DNA of 21,024 nt from Candidatus Falkowbacteria bacterium (lineage in GTDB: Bacteria; Patescibacteriota; Patescibacteriia; JACRDY01), in NCBI GenBank assembly GCA_016218485.1, contig JACRDY010000068.1:1-21024 (forward strand), read 5' to 3'. The position numbers and the translations under genes were made by a program. Shown piece after piece: positions 20,932 to 21,024 of the stretch. The notes under the pieces were generated by a model that saw only the letters and a list, made by a program, of their open reading frames with translations, was not told the origin of the DNA and did not search any database. Position 1 is the stretch's first letter, and the number at the start of each line of letters is the position of its first letter.

Positions 20932-21024
20932 TTCCTTCTGGTAACACTCCTCACAGTACACCCGTTCCGGCCGCTCCGGCGCGTACGTGGTCTCAAATTC
21001 ATTGGTGCAGCCTGCGTTCTTGCA
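20923..21024 (-). CDS. 3' end of a second paralog of the cysteine-rich multi-zinc-ribbon protein; it continues beyond the window
   Basis: Positions 20923-21024 are ~96% identical at the nucleotide level to 18168-18262 (same ...CEECYQKEIY-stop), with a few substitutions. Confidence 0.7.
   Translation of the reverse strand, partial: CKNAGCTNEFETTYAPERPERVYCEECYQKEIY

Overview
This reads as a small-genome bacterium, most likely a CPR/Patescibacteria-like lineage (inference from rRNA features). Coding regions are GC-moderate and spacers are AT-rich and full of short word repeats. 

Contents, 5' to 3':
- The 3' two-thirds of a 16S rRNA gene (+), truncated by the window start. A ~1-kb group-I-like intron carrying a LAGLIDADG homing endonuclease ORF sits at the decoding-centre site, and a separate ~135-nt AT-rich insertion sits in a terminal helix. 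No 23S or spacer tRNAs follow.
- An HD-domain hydrolase and purD (+).
- A minus-strand cluster of four intact tRNAs (Gly-TCC, Pro-TGG, Phe-GAA, Ile-GAT). They are embedded in a modular architecture: three copies of a ~125-nt terminally palindromic element sit immediately 5' of tRNAs, together with partial duplicate tRNA fragments whose 3' pieces carry structured 40-60-nt insertions at one fixed T-loop position.
- mnmA, a 3D-domain cell-wall protein, a VirB2/TrbC-like pilin-topology protein, and two unknown genes, one soluble and one membrane.
- A candidate tRNA-Cys (-), a coiled-coil protein with a perfect 4x21-nt tandem repeat, and polA (+).
- Four tandem lipoprotein genes (-), three of them paralogous.
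- A 542-aa cysteine-rich multi-zinc-ribbon protein (-). A roughly 96% identical second copy begins at the window end. The two copies flank a TrmB-family regulator that has a long, highly structured leader.

Genome-wide, the spacers are built from degenerate 6-9-nt word repeats arranged as palindromes. The same words appear in-frame inside mnmA and polA and inside the 16S insertion. There is also a family of long perfect hairpins of the form CCAGCACCTT...AAGGTGCTGG.
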